Positions 1 through 12,323 of a stretch of 64,000 bases of DNA are shown piece by piece. A program made the position numbers and the translations under genes. Location: positions 113,276,001 through 113,340,000 of the forward strand of contig NC_086107.1 in assembly GCF_963921235.1 (NCBI RefSeq). Direction: 5' to 3'. Position 1 is the first letter of the stretch. Each line of letters starts with the position of its first letter. This DNA is from Mobula hypostoma. Taxonomy: Eukaryota. The notes beneath the pieces were generated by a model. That model saw only the letters and a list, made by a program, of their open reading frames with translations. It was not told the origin of the DNA and searched no databases.

Positions 1-292
1 AGTAGGGGTGAGAGGGTCGGGAATGGGAGAAAGAGAAGTGGGAAGTGTGAGAGAGCAAACAGCGGGGCGTCATTACCAGAACGTATCACCAACCCACCTT
101 CCCCCTTGCCTTGTCTCACCTGTCACCTGCCAGCTTGTATTCCTTCCCCCACCCCCTACCTTCTTACTCTGGTGTGTGTCTGCCCCTTTCCTGTACCGAT
201 AAAGTGTCTCGGTTCGAAGCCTCAACTGTTTCCCTCCTTAGATGCTGCCTGACCCGCTGTCTGTCTGCATTGCTCGCGTTTTGATAACTTAC

Positions 293-415
293 CTCTTTGC
301 CAGGTAGTAGATGTAGAACCATTTCATGCAGGGATGGGCTCTGTGGTGAGGGATGTGTTGTCTCTTAGGTTCTGTGGGTATGTCATGTCTTCTCACAAAG
401 AGCTCAGCCGCTTCA
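293..415 (-). CDS. Secretin-family prepro-hormone, exon 5 (123 nt, phase 2-2): (G)EAAELFVRR-HDIPTEPKRQHIPHHRAHPCMKWFYIYYLAK(R/S); gene continues beyond the window start
   Basis: Minus-strand acceptor ttccttctcattttcag| and donor AAGAG|gtaagt. Open in the frame set by the upstream exons. RR-H motif; same length as exon 4. No homology recognised, so membership rests on splice signals, phase and motif. Confidence 0.72.
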
Positions 416-972
416 CTGAAAATGAGAAGGAATATGAAGAGAGATTTCCATTTATAGGGTGACTGTCTGGACATAACATGTGTTTCATGGTGTTCTCCTT
501 CACTGTTGTCGTACAGGAAATGTGACTTTAGAGATGTATTCTGTATACATACTTTGATAATGAATGTGCTTTGAATCTTTATGTATCTGGTCCCTTAAAA
601 TACCTTCCTATAATTTACCCACTACTGACATTAGACAGGTCAACTAGAACTGCACACAATACTCCCAATGCGGACTCACCCACACCCCTCAGCTCCCTAT
701 TAAATCCTGACCTTTTCCCCTTTAACCTGTGCCCTCTGGTTCTTGATTCCCTAACCCTGGGGAAAAAGACTGTGTGCATTCACCGTATCGGTGCCCCTCG
801 TGGTTTTGTGCACGCCTGTAAGGTCTCCTGTGCTCCAGGGAATAAAGTCCCAAACTGCCAACCTCTCTCCATTACTCAGTCGCCTACGTGCTGGCAAAGT
901 CCTCCTAAACCCCTTCTGAACTCCTTGCAGCTCAATGGCATCTTTCCTACAGCAGGGCCACCCAAAACTGAA

Positions 973-1470
973 CGTAGCACTCCAAGAGGCTCTGACAGTG
1001 CTGGAAATCTTGAGGAACACACAGCAAATGCTGGAGGAACTCAGCAGGTCTGGCAGCATCTATGCAGAGGAATAAACATTCAATGTGTTTTGGGCCAAGA
1101 CCCTTCATCAGGACAGGAAAGGAAAGAGAAGAAGCCAGAATAAGAAGCTGGGGCGGGGAAGGAGAGGGCGAGTACAAGTTGGCAGGTGATGGGTGAGACC
1201 AGGTGAGGGGGGGAACGTGGGTGGGCAGGAGAGGTGGGGGGTGAAGTAAGAAGCTGGCAGGTGATAGATGAAAGAGGTAAAAGACTGAAGAAGAAGGAAT
1301 CAGATAGGACAGGAGAGTGGATCATGGGAGAAAGGGAAGGAGGAGAGGCACCAGCGGGACATGATGGGCAGGGTGAGGAGAAGTGAACGGGTGAGAGGGG
1401 AACCCAAATTAGGAATGGAGAAAGAAAGAATAGGGAGGGGGCAGCAATGATCAAGAAGTTAGAGAAATAG
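973..1470 (-). mobile_element. Degenerate Penelope-derived 3'-end (pLTR-like) repeat with decayed hammerhead motif
   Basis: Same purine-rich body and gctggaggaactcagcagg..gcagcatc terminus as the Penelope copies. Minus strand reads gtc-CTGATGA-agggtcttggccc-AAAA (GAAA mutated). Confidence 0.7.
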
Positions 1471-1699
1471 ATAGATCCCACAAAAAAACAAGGTAATATG
1501 GTTTCATAATCTGTTACAGTGGTTTTGCAATAAGGACTGGACAGGATGTCAGATCAAAATTTCCTCCACTAACTCTGAGCTTTCTATAATGTCCTGAACA
1601 TCAGGGGAAGTGAAGACTTCAGTTTAGGGTCTCAGTGGAAGTCTACTTGGAGAATGAAACGGTGGATCTTGTTTGCTTCCCACCAGGCTAGGAAGTTCA

Positions 1700-2255
1700 G
1701 AATCAGAGTTAAGTTTATCATCTCTGCCATACGTCAAGAAATTTATGACAGCAGTACAGAACAATACATAAAAATTATTACAAATTACAACAACAATAGA
1801 TTCATAGTGAGGTGGTGTTTATGGGATAATGAACTGTCCAGAAATCTGATGACGCAGGGGAAGAATCCGTCCCTAAAATGTTGAGTGTGTATCTCCAGGT
1901 AGTAATGAGAAGAGGGCACGTCCTGGGTGGTGGGGTCCTTCATGATGAATGCTGCCTTTTTGAGGCATCGCGTCCTGGATGCTGGGGAGCCCCATGGTGG
2001 AGCTGGCTGAGTTTAAAACTTTCCGCAGCTTTTCCCAATCCTGTGTAGTGCCCCTACCCACTGCCCACCTTACCAGGTGGTTAGAATGTTCTCCATGGTA
2101 CACCTGTAGAAATTTTTGAGGGACTTTGGTGATATACCAATTCTCCTCGAAATCCTAATGAAATAAAGCCACTGAGGTGCCTTCTTTGTAGTTGCATCAA
2201 TGTGTTGGACCCAGGGTAGACCCTCAGAGACGCTGACACCCAGGAACCTGAATTT
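1700..2255 (-). mobile_element. Rex1/Babar-like LINE 3' fragment, decayed
   Basis: ORF 2070..2264 FLGVSVSEGLPWVQHIDATTKKAPQWLYFIR..SPKSLKNFYRCT resembles the better-preserved copy at 48520-49340. Confidence 0.7.
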
Positions 2256-3893
2256 GTGTGACATTCAGAGTTAATTAAAGGGAGATATAGTTAATGTGTG
2301 TGACTAATGAGGTGGCGTGTATTTAGCAGTGCGTGTATTAGTCATACTGCTGGTTTGTATTGTGTGGTTACGCACAACGAAGTAAACTCAGCCGGCCGGA
2401 GCTGAGTCACACGTTTTGTGATTAGGGAAGGAAATTTGCACTGACTTTAATACCCTGGCTTGGCTGGGGTTCCCACTCCTTATGGCTTCATAACAGCTTC
2501 CGTTGTGGGCATTGCCTAATGATGGGATGGCTCTATGTCTGCTAATCCTTTCCACTCAGGATGCACCAGTGAAAGCACCCTCTCCAGATATGTCACAGCT
2601 GAGTACGGCAAACACTCTGCCCAAGACCCCAAGAAATTGCAGAGAGTTGTGGACACAGCTTAGTCCATCACTGAAACCAGCCAGCTTCCCCTCATGGACC
2701 CTGTCTAACCCTTCCCACTGCCCCAGGAGAGCAGTCGACATAATCGAGGTCCCCCTCCCACCCCGGGACATTCTCTCTTCCCCCTCTATCGATTACAAAA
2801 GACACAAAAGCTTGAAAACATCCACAGTAGAGTCACAGGGTCGTATAGAATGGAAACAGGCCTTTCGGCCCAATGCGTCCGTACTGACCATAAAGCCCAG
2901 CCAGCTAGTCTCATCAGCTGCATTTGGCCCATCTCCCTCTAAGCCTCTCCTATCCATGGATTTATCTAAATGGTCTTTAAATGTTTCTAACATACTCGTC
3001 TCAACCGCTATTTCTGGCAGGTCATTCCAAATATAGAGCACAGAACAAAAAATAAAACTGAGCAACACATCACAGCCCCTTCAGCCCATGACGTTCTGTC
3101 AACATATAAACCTGCTCCTGTCACAGTCCCAAATGAACTTCAGCAGGCATCCAGGTTCAGGTGCTCCAGTTCCACGGAGTATGGTGAGTGGCTGCTGTCC
3201 ATTTAACACTCAAATTGCTAGTTACTGTTGCCTGCCACATTCCTTCATGGAAAGTCTGTACTTTAAGGGTTCATGCTGAGCACTCAGATCTCAATCGTAA
3301 GAGTTTCATTCCCAGTTGCTGATTTTGCCTTTGGGTTTTCTTTGTGTCGTCTTGTTTATTTTGAGTCTGGATAGCCTCCAACCTGATAGCATGAATATCG
3401 ATTTCTCCTTCTGATAAACAAATCTCCCTCCTGCTTCCTCTATTCTCCACTCTGACCTTTTATCCTCTTCTCATCTGTCTTTTACTTCCCTCTGGGTCAC
3501 CTCCTCCTTCCTTTTCTCCCACTGTCCACTCTCCTCTCCTGTCAAACTCCTTCTTCTCCAGCCCTTTACCTTTCCGACCCACCTGACTTCACCTCTCATC
3601 TTCCCCTCCCCCCGTATTTTTATTCTGGCATCTTCTCCCTTCCTTCTCAGTACTGAAGAACGATCTCAGCCTGAAACATCGGCTATCTATTGATTTCCAA
3701 AGATGCTGCCTGACCTGCAGAGTTCCTCCCAAACTTTATGTGTGTTACTCTGGATTTCCAGCATCTGCAGATTTTCTTGTGTTTCTGAGTTAATTATAGA
3801 TCTTACTGTGCACTTGGGAATCACCACTGTCCAAGGCTCTCTCATTACAACTCGATGATCAATCAAACCCTTTCCTCCTACACAGCCCATAAC

Positions 3894-4694
3894 CAGTGTT
3901 CCCTCGAAAGTGTGTGCGTGTGTGCACACATCTTTTGTTACGAGCGCACAAAGGAATTTACCCTTACACAAAAGGTTATCACCCTCTATCTCATTGGCAT
4001 GTTAAGTATATTTCACGACCGTACACAATCGCATTTCCTTTTCCAGTTTCTGATGCGAACAGTGTTGACAACATGGAGTTTGCGATGATTTGTCTGCAGG
4101 TTTTAGAACTGGCTTACTTATACTGTTTTTATTGAAGATATTATTGTTCACTATGTCGAATTCTAAAGAAGCAAAGGTCACGATGCTCAAAAATACTTCT
4201 AGTTCATTTAAAGTGGATTGGCTTAATGAAACAGTAGAAACTGCTACAACGAAAGCTCATGAGGTCAGGAACGTGCAGCTACAAGAAATATTTATGTCCA
4301 ATACAGAAACTGGTGTTACTTGCGTAATGGAAAGGTTGCTGGAGAATTTGCAAGCAGGAAGAAGAGGAGTTATATTTGGAAATTTTGCTTTTTAAAGCAT
4401 CATTCAGCAAGCAAATTACATATACACGGTGTGCAAAAACTTCAGTGAGAACATCCCTCATTACCCACTACAGGCCTGCTACGTATGTTTTGCGAGAGCA
4501 CAGATGAATGAGAACGAAAGCAATCAAACCCAGAGGAAACCAAAGACCTTATTGACAGTGTTTTGCTAGCTGTTAAAATGAATACCTCTATATTTAAAAT
4601 TCAGTGCACACATGTTGTTGTCACTGGGCAAAAATAAATTGTACAGCTCAAGATATTTACACACACTGGTCAATACAAATTAGAGGGAACATAG
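3894..4694. mobile_element. Non-autonomous hAT DNA transposon
   Basis: Imperfect 12-bp TIRs (cagtgttccctc ... gagggaacatag) and an exact 8-bp TSD cccataac (3886-3893, 4695-4702). Inserted into a CR1 3' end. Confidence 0.85.
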
Positions 4695-5030
4695 CCCATA
4701 ACCCTTCATTTTCCTTATAACCATCTGCCTACCTAAGAGTCTTTTAAACACCCCTAATGAGTCAACCTCTACCACCAACCCATGCTGCATTCCAGACACC
4801 CATCACTCTTTGTCTAAAAGAACCGATCTATGACATCTCCCCTAAACATTCCTCGGCTCACATTAATTGGATGTTCTCTGGCTAGGAAAAAGGGAAAATG
4901 TGCTGCTTTATGCTTTATCTTTCCCTCTCATAATCTTGTACACGTCATCAATTTGCCTCTTATCCTCCGTTACCCCAGAGAAAAGCTTAGCTTACTCAGC
5001 CTCTCCTCATAAGACCTGTTCTCTAATCCT

Positions 5031-5329
5031 CAGTGGGCACGTGGCCAAGTGGTTAAGGCATTGGACTAGCGATCTGAAGGTCGTGAGTTCGAGCCCCAGC
5101 CGAGGCAGCATGTTGTGTCCTTGACACATTGCTCTGCGATGACACTGGTGCCAAGCTGTATGGGTGCTAATGCCCTTCCCTTGGACAACATCGGTAGCAT
5201 GGAGAGGGGAGACTTGCAGCATGGGCAACTGCCAGTCTTCCATACAACCTTGCCCAGGCCTGCGCCCTGGAGAGTGAAGACTTTCCAGGCCCAGATCCAT
5301 GGTCTCGCAAGACTAACGGATGCCTTAAA
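5031..5329 (+). mobile_element. tRNA-derived SINE
   Basis: Pol III A box TGGCCAAGTGG and B box GAGTTCGAGCC in the head, about 230 nt of non-tRNA body, and a 9-bp TSD tctaatcct (5022-5030, 5330-5338). Confidence 0.8.
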
Positions 5330-5885
5330 TCTAATCCTTTGCACCCTCTCAGGAGCCACCAAATCCTTTCTATAATCAGATGGCCAGAACTGAACACAGC
5401 AATCTAAGTGTGATCCAGCCAGAGTTTTAGAGAGCTGCAATATTACCTCTCAGCTCTTGAACTCAATTCCCCGACTATTGAAGGCTAACATACCTTCTTA
5501 ACCACTCTATCAACTTTCAGCGCCGCTCTGAGGTGAATTCACAAGTCCGCTGGTGGCTGAGGGTGGCCTGTCCTGGGTTTGTATATGTGTGAGTGAGTTG
5601 TCAGGAGGGAGGCATGTTCTGTTGCTTGTTGTGTACTGTTTTCGGGGGGTACTGTGTTGTTCTGCTGAGTATTGTGGGGACGCTACGTTGGCACCGAAAC
5701 GCGTGGCGACACTTGCGGGCTGCCCCCAGCACAACTTTAGGTTATGTTGGATGCTAACGCAAACGGCGCCCTTTGGCGGATGTGTAATAAATAATTGAAT
5801 TGGAACCTGGATCAATGTCACCTCAGATCGGGTGGCATTCCAAAGGTCGGGTGAAGGGAGTTCCCTTAGATCATTGTGCACTCAC

Positions 5886-6008
5886 CCTCTTTCAGGAGAC
5901 CGGAAGGCCGAGAGGAATTCTTTCATGTCCTGCAGGGTGATGGTAAGGCCACGATGAGTCATGTCGTCCCAGTGCTGGAGATGTCTCTTCACCTTCTTGG
6001 CAGTGGAA
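5886..6008 (-). CDS. Secretin-family prepro-hormone, exon 4 (123 nt, phase 2-2): (S)STAKKVKR-HLQHWDDMTHRGLTITLQDMKEFLSAFRSPER(G)
   Basis: Acceptor aatgctattttcag|, donor AGAGG|gtgagt, open frame in phase with exon 3, KVKR convertase site followed by His. Unique, non-repeat sequence. Confidence 0.78.
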
Positions 6009-8899
6009 CTGAAAATAGCATTGAAACTGAACAAAAACTTCACTCAAAGGGTTAATCTGCAGATTGCCGATTCTCTGGGATACTCTGGAGCTATTCCAGG
6101 TATAATTGCATTGAGGTGTACACTTAACATCATACCGGGAGGGGGTTTCGTGTGGATAAACCCCCACTACCTGTTAAATGCTCCCAACAGCATTCGTCGC
6201 AAATAGCCTCTGAAAACCGTTCAGCTCCTGGGGCTTCGCTACTAAGTCAGGTGGAACCGTTTCAACTGACAGGAGGAGGAGGCAAAGGCGGGTTGCTGGC
6301 ATCTTAAAACCAGTCATTTGGGGCAGACAAAATTCTGTAAACGCTAGAGAAAATCCCGGGAAATCAGCAGCTTCCGAGATGCTCAAACGAGCAATCATTC
6401 CATGGCCAGAAGTCATTTAGGTCACATTTCTTCCCCACTTTGATGTTTGGTCTGACCAGCAACCGAATCTCTTGACCATGTCTGCATGCTTTTATGTGTT
6501 GAGTTGCTGCCACATGATTGGCTGACTAGATATTTGCATTAACAGGCAGGTGTACAGGTATACTTAATACAGCGGCCACCAGGTGTATAAGGGTGCGTAC
6601 CAAGTCCTGGTACTTAAGTGGAGTACGATAATGTTCTTGACAGTTGGCATAGACTTGTAGATCTAAAGACTCATTTTTGTGCTCGAACAACTCCAGAACC
6701 CGGACTAATCTGGTGACAGTGGTTTCAATTCCACCAGGGTAATTCTGGAGATCAAATTTGAATAACTATATAAAGCTGGGAATAAATTCCCTCCGGTTTC
6801 TTTCTCTTTATTCCACAAGGGCACCATGGACTGCAGTGGTTAGTGCAATGCTAACATAGCACAGCGTGTCAATTCCAATGTCATCTGCAAGGAGTCTGTT
6901 CGTCCTCTTTGTCAATGTTTACGTTTCCTCCGGGTGCCCCAGTTTCCTCCCACAGTCCAAACGCTCACCAGCTAGTAGGTCATTTGGTCATTGTAAATCA
7001 GACCATAAGAGCATAAGATATAGGAGCAGAATTAGGCTATTTGGCCTATCAAGTCCGCTCTGCCATTTCATCATAGCTGATCCATTTTCCCTCTCAGCCC
7101 CAATCTCCTGCCTTCTCCCCGTAACCCTTCATGCCCTGACTAATCAAGAATTTATCAACCTCTGCCTTAAATATACTCAATAACTTGGCCTCCACAGCCA
7201 CCTCTGGCAATTAATTCCACAGATCCACCACCCTCTGGCTATTCCGCCTGATCTCTGTTCTAAAAGGATGCCCCTCTATTCTGAGGCTGTGTCCTCTGGT
7301 CTTAGACTCCCCCACTATAGAAAACATCCTCTCCACACCCACCCTATCGAGCCCTTTGTTCCATAATTAAGTTAGGGTTGAGAGCAGCTCGAAAGGCCGA
7401 CTCCCCACTGTATCTCAAAATAAATAAATATAACTTCCATGGCCTACTCAGATTCTTTCTTCTTCAGCTGTTTACCAGATGAGGGGGAGGGTAGGTGGCT
7501 GGGAGAAGGGGCAAGAAAGGGAATAATGTGAGAAGCTGCCTCTCATCTCCTAGCTTCTCACATCATTCTCTTTCATCTCCCCTCCCCTGCCCTCACCTGG
7601 TCTCACCTATCACCTGCCAGCTTGTGCTCCTACCCCCACCCCCTTTCCCCACACCTCCTTATTCTAGCTTCTGTCCCCTTCCTTGCCGGTCTTGATTAAG
7701 ATTCTTGGCCCGAGACATCAACTGTTTATTCCCCTCCATAGATACCGCCTGACCTGCTGAGTGCTTCCAGTATTTTGTGTGTGTTGCTGTAAATTTCTAC
7801 AACTGCGGGATCAGTAATGCCTGGGATTAAAAGGCTACAATTAGCCATTGTACCCAGGAGACACACAACTTGCCCTGAAAACCCACTTGATACTGCCTAC
7901 CTGCTGAGTTTGTTTTTTATTGCGGGTTTCGAGCCGCTGCAGTTTTGAACTTCTAACTTTCAGCAAGCTTCTCTTCACCTTTCACCTTTCCGAGAAAGCG
8001 CGGTCACGTTCTCAAGGTGGGTAAGGACAGCCGACAATTTGCACAGAGGGAGAGCTCTCAAGCAGCAGAACCCTATCAACGTTGTCAAGTGCATCTCCTC
8101 CACCCACCAGTCTCAGCTCGCGCCCCCCAACTTGTAAAACGCTTTTGGCGCCACGTTCAATGTTGTGCTCATTTCCAGGGAGCGGGGCTTTAACTCAGCT
8201 CTGCCTGCTTGCCTCTTATTTTTGGTTTCGAGGCCTCCTCCAGTCCCTCCAGTGAAAAGGTTTGATTGGTATGTGAGGAAAGCCTTTTGTCATCTTGTAA
8301 TTGAGATGTTAACCCAAGGGTGGGAGGGAAGGAAGGGCGGGGCTTGTTCTGATGTTGTTGTTTTGTTTACTTATGTATGTATTTATTTTTATTTAGAGAT
8401 ACAGCGCGAAATAGGCAGTCCCAGCCCTCCCAGCCATAACCCCCCAGTTTAACCCTAACCTAACCATGGGACAATTTACAATGACCAATTAATGTACTTT
8501 TGCCAAGAATACATCATATGATACAACACATAATGACAATGATGATAAATTAATCTACTAACCGGTACGCCTTTGGACTGTGTGAGGAAACTGGAGAACC
8601 CGGAAAAAACCCATGCATTCCATGGGAAGAACATTCAGACTCCTGACAGGGGATACTGGAATTGAACTTGGAACTCTGGTGCCCAGAGCTGTAATAGCGT
8701 TGCGCTAACCGCTACATTTCCGCGGCTTTGCCTGTTGTGTTCTCCATTGTTCTGCTGAGCTATCTTGGTGCCGGAATGTGTGGCGACACTTGCAGGCTGC
8801 CTCCAGCGGATGCTTAGGTTGTGATCGTTTTTAACGCAAATGGAGCATTTCACTGTATGCTTTGGTGTACACCTGATATATAAGTGGACCGAGATATAG

Positions 8900-9235
8900 A
8901 CCTGGACCAGAATCTCAACCTGGAAATGGATCTGGAAATGAAACAGGACCTGGATCTGGACCTGGATCTGGATCTGGATCTGGACCTGGATCTGGACCAG
9001 GATCTGAACCTGGATCTGGATATGGATATGGACCCGGATCTGGACCTGGATCTGGATATGGATATGGTCCCGAATCTGGATCTGGATCTGGACCTGGATC
9101 TGGACTCGGATCTGGACCTGGATCTGGACCCAGATCCGGATCTGGATCTGGACCAGGATCTGGATCTGGATCTGGATCTGGACCTGGATCTGGATCTGGA
9201 CCTGGATCTGGACCCGGATCTGGATCCGGATTTAG
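8900..9235. repeat. Hexamer tandem repeat (GATCTG/GACCTG)n
   Basis: Directly visible; produces the spurious DL/DP-repeat ORFs 8884..9255 and 8915..9271. Confidence 0.95.
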
Positions 9236-10193
9236 TTCTGTACTTTGTTTTGTAAATGTAAATGATCTCATGACACTAATCTGGAGGAGGATATCGGAGA
9301 TCTTCTCTATGTTCTAAACAATACTTATCACTTAACTGACCTAAGAAAAGCATATTCTTCGTTCATTATTACAGTGACCTTCATGATATTTTGCCTGGTA
9401 TAAACTAGCTACTGTTTTCTCTGCATCATATCAGTGACTACACTCCCACTACAATTCATTGTTTGTAAAGCTCTGGGAGATACTGCTAACATCACAAGGG
9501 CATAAGATATAGGAGCAGAACTAAGCCATTTGGCCCATTGAGTCTGCCCCATCATTCAAGCATGGCTGATTTATTATCCCTCTTAACCCTATTCTCTTGC
9601 CTTCTCGCTGTAACTTTTGTCACCCCGACAAATCAAGAATCTATCAACCTCCACTTTAAATATACCCAACGACAGCCTCCACAGCTGTCCCTGGCAATGA
9701 ATTGCACAGATCCACCATAGATTTGGCTAAAGAAATTCCTCCTCATCTCTATTCTGAAGGAACATCCTTGTATTCTGTGGTTCAGTCCTCTGGGTCTGGA
9801 CTCTCCCCCTCCCCACCCCATAGGAAATACCCTCTTCATATCCCCTCTATCTAGTCCTTTCAAAATTCAGTAGGTTTCAATGAGATCCTCCCTCACTCTA
9901 CTAAACTCCAGCAAATACAGGCCCAGAGCCATCAAATCCTCTTCCTACTTAACCCTTTCAACTCTTTCATTCTAGGGATCATTCTTATGAACCTGCTCTG
10001 GACCCTCTCCAATGTCAGCACACCCTTTGTTAGTCAAGGGGCCCAAAACCACTGACAGTTCTCCAAGTTAAACTCCTATCTAGAAACAAATCCCCATCTA
10101 GAAACTCTTGCCTCAGAATCAAGCAGATACCCGGTGAGGCAGCTGCCAGTGTTGTTACCAATTGTGGTTACTGGATCTTTCCAGAATACTTAC

Positions 10194-10298
10194 CTCGTTT
10201 GGGCCCCCAGTATCGAGTTCAGAAAGTTTCGAGCTGCAGTCCTTCCCCTCACTTTACTCAATTCACTGGTGAACAGACTGTCTGAGTGCCTCTTGTGT
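10194..10298 (-). CDS. Secretin-family prepro-hormone, exon 3 (105 nt, phase 2-2): (R)HKR-HSDSLFTSELSKVRGRTAARNFLNSILGAQT(S); secretin-like mature peptide starts at 10288
   Basis: Acceptor tcttctcttccatctcag| and donor ACGAG|gtaagt. KR followed by HSDxxFTSELSK is the secretin/VIP/glucagon-superfamily signature, with F22/L23/I26/L27 amphipathic-helix positions kept. Confidence 0.93.
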
Positions 10299-11232
10299 CT
10301 GAGATGGAAGAGAAGAGCTGTTCAGATTTTAATGTTTCTATGTCTGTTGCACACTTGCACTAGAGGGAGGGGAGGCTTGTAAACAGGAGCAAGATTGACT
10401 GGTCACAATGCACTGATTTATATCAAATCAGAATCAGGTTTAATATCGTGCTGTGAAATTTGTTATCTTTGCAGCAGCAGTACAATGCAATACATAATAA
10501 TAGAAAAAATGCAAATTACAGTAAATATATATATTAAATAGTTAAATTAAATAAGTGGCAAGGTAGTGTTCATGGATTCAATGTCCATTCAGAAATCTGA
10601 TGACAGAGGGGAAGAAGCTGTTCCTGAATCATTGCATGTACCTCCTTCCTGACGGTACCATTGAGAACAAGACAAACAGATATCTGATTAAATGCAAACG
10701 GATCCCAAAGTGCAAAGCCAATTCAAAGTAAATTTATTATTATCAAATTACATATATGTCTGCATATACCAACTTGAGATCATTTTAAAAATACAATAGA
10801 AACAATGAAAAACTGCACACAAAGACTGACAACCAACGTGCAAGAGAAGATAAACAGTGGAAATTTAAAAATAAACTGATAGGTAATACTGTGGAGAAGA
10901 GTTGTAGAGTCCTTGAAAGTGAGACCATTAGTTGTGGAACCAGTTCAGAGTTGTGGTGAGTGAAGTTATCCACACTGGTTCAGGATCCTGATAGTTGAGA
11001 GGTAATAGCTGTTCCTGAACCTGGTGGTGTGGGTCCTGAGGCTCCTGTACCTTCTTCCCGGTGGCAGTAGTGAGAAGAGAGCACGGCCTCGACCATATCT
11101 CCAACCACGTTAGGTTGGATGAAGGTGCTCATAGTTGGAAAGGAAAAGAAGCTGCTCCCAGTGCCAGGAGGCTCAAGATAATTGGTAGATATACTGTGAG
11201 AGTGGGAAGGGAAATGGGAAGCAATATTTTAT

Positions 11233-12323
11233 GCAACACACATCAAAGTTGCTGGTGAACGCAGCAGGCCAGGCAGCATCTCTAGGAAGAGGTACAGTCG
11301 ACGTTTCGGGCCGAGACCCTTCGTCAGGACTAACTGAAGGAAGAGTGAGTAAGAGATTTGAAAGCTGGAGGGGGAGGGGGAGATCCAAAATGATAGGAGA
11401 AGACAGGAGGGGGAGGGATGGAGCCAAGAGCTGGACAGGTGATAGGCAAAAGGGATATGAGAGGATCATGGGACAGGAGGCCCAGGGAGAAGGAAAAGGG
11501 GGAGGGGGGAAAACCCAGTGGATGGGCAAGGGGTATAGTCGGAGAGACAGAGGGAGAAAAAGGAGAGAGAGAGAAAGAAAAACAATGTGTGTATATAAAT
11601 AAATAACGGATGGGGTACGAGGGGGAGGTGGGGCACTAGTGGAAGTTTGAGAAGTCAATGTTCATGCCATCAGGTTGGAGGCTATCCAGGTGGAATATAA
11701 GGTGTTGTTCCTCCAACCTGAGTGTGGCTTCATCTTTACAGTAGAGGAGGCCGTGGATAGACATGTCAGAATGGGAATGGGATGTGGAATTAAAATATGT
11801 GGCCACTGGGAGATCCTGCTTTCTCTGGCAGACAGAGCGTAGGTGTTCAGCAAGACGATCTCCCAGTCTGTGTCAGGTCTCGCCAATATATAGAAGGCCA
11901 TATCGGGAGCACTGGACGCAGTATATCACCCCAGATGACTCACAGGTGAAGTGTCGCCTCACCTGGGAGGACTGTCTGGGGCCCTGAATGGTGATAAGGG
12001 AGGAAGTGTAAGGGCATGTGTAGCACTTGTTCCGCTTACAAGGATAAGTGCCAGGAGGGAGATCGATGGGGAGGGATGGGGGGTATCAAAGGACAAGGGA
12101 GTCGTGTAGGGAGCAATCCCTGCGGAAAGCGGTGGGGGGGAGGGAGGGAAAGATGTGCTTAGTGGTGGGATCCCATTGGAGATGGCGGAAGTTACGGAGA
12201 ATAATATGTTGGACCTGGAGGCTGGTGGGTTGGTAGGTGAGGACCAGGGGAACCCTATTCCTAGTGGGGTGGCAGGAGGATGGAGTGAGAGCAGATGTGC
12301 GTGAAATGGGGGAGATGCGTTTA
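11233..12323 (-). mobile_element. 5'-truncated Penelope-like retroelement (Cys-rich linker, GIY-YIG endonuclease, 3' end)
   Basis: Close relative of the 15704-17965 arms. Flanked by a 14-bp direct repeat agcaatattttatg (11220-11233, 12323-12336). Confidence 0.88.
11296..11331 (-). ncRNA. Minimal type I hammerhead ribozyme motif (Penelope-associated)
   Basis: Minus strand: AGUC-CUGACGA-aGGG(ucucgg)CCC-GAAA-CGUC^GACU. Intact core, stem I AGUC/GACU, palindromic ACGU stem III. Confidence 0.75.

Noticed and set aside
289..474. 61-aa ORF with an apparent signal peptide (SLFIFLLIFS)
   Set aside because: The hydrophobic stretch is the translated polypyrimidine tract of the acceptor at 416; only 415-293 is treated as exon.
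2258..2494. Possible solo LTR (TGTGAC...ATAACA); similar candidate ~38314-38621
   Set aside because: TG..CA ends are present but no clean TSD, so not listed as features.
5033..5110. tRNA gene
   Set aside because: A and B boxes are present, but I could not close a convincing acceptor stem. The head continues into a body bounded by a TSD, so it is a SINE.
7960..8340. Unique sequence in intron 3 examined for a further peptide exon
   Set aside because: Only weak donor-like sites, no good acceptor and no KR/RR-H motif in a compatible frame.
8884..9271. Asp-Leu and Pro-Asp/Gly repeat proteins on both strands
   Set aside because: Translations of a hexamer microsatellite in an intron; no supporting splice or start context.
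10194..10298. Assigning the symbol SCT, VIP or GHRH
   Set aside because: The sequence favours secretin, but the extra cassettes, missing amidation site and neighbourhood leave orthology unresolved without a search.
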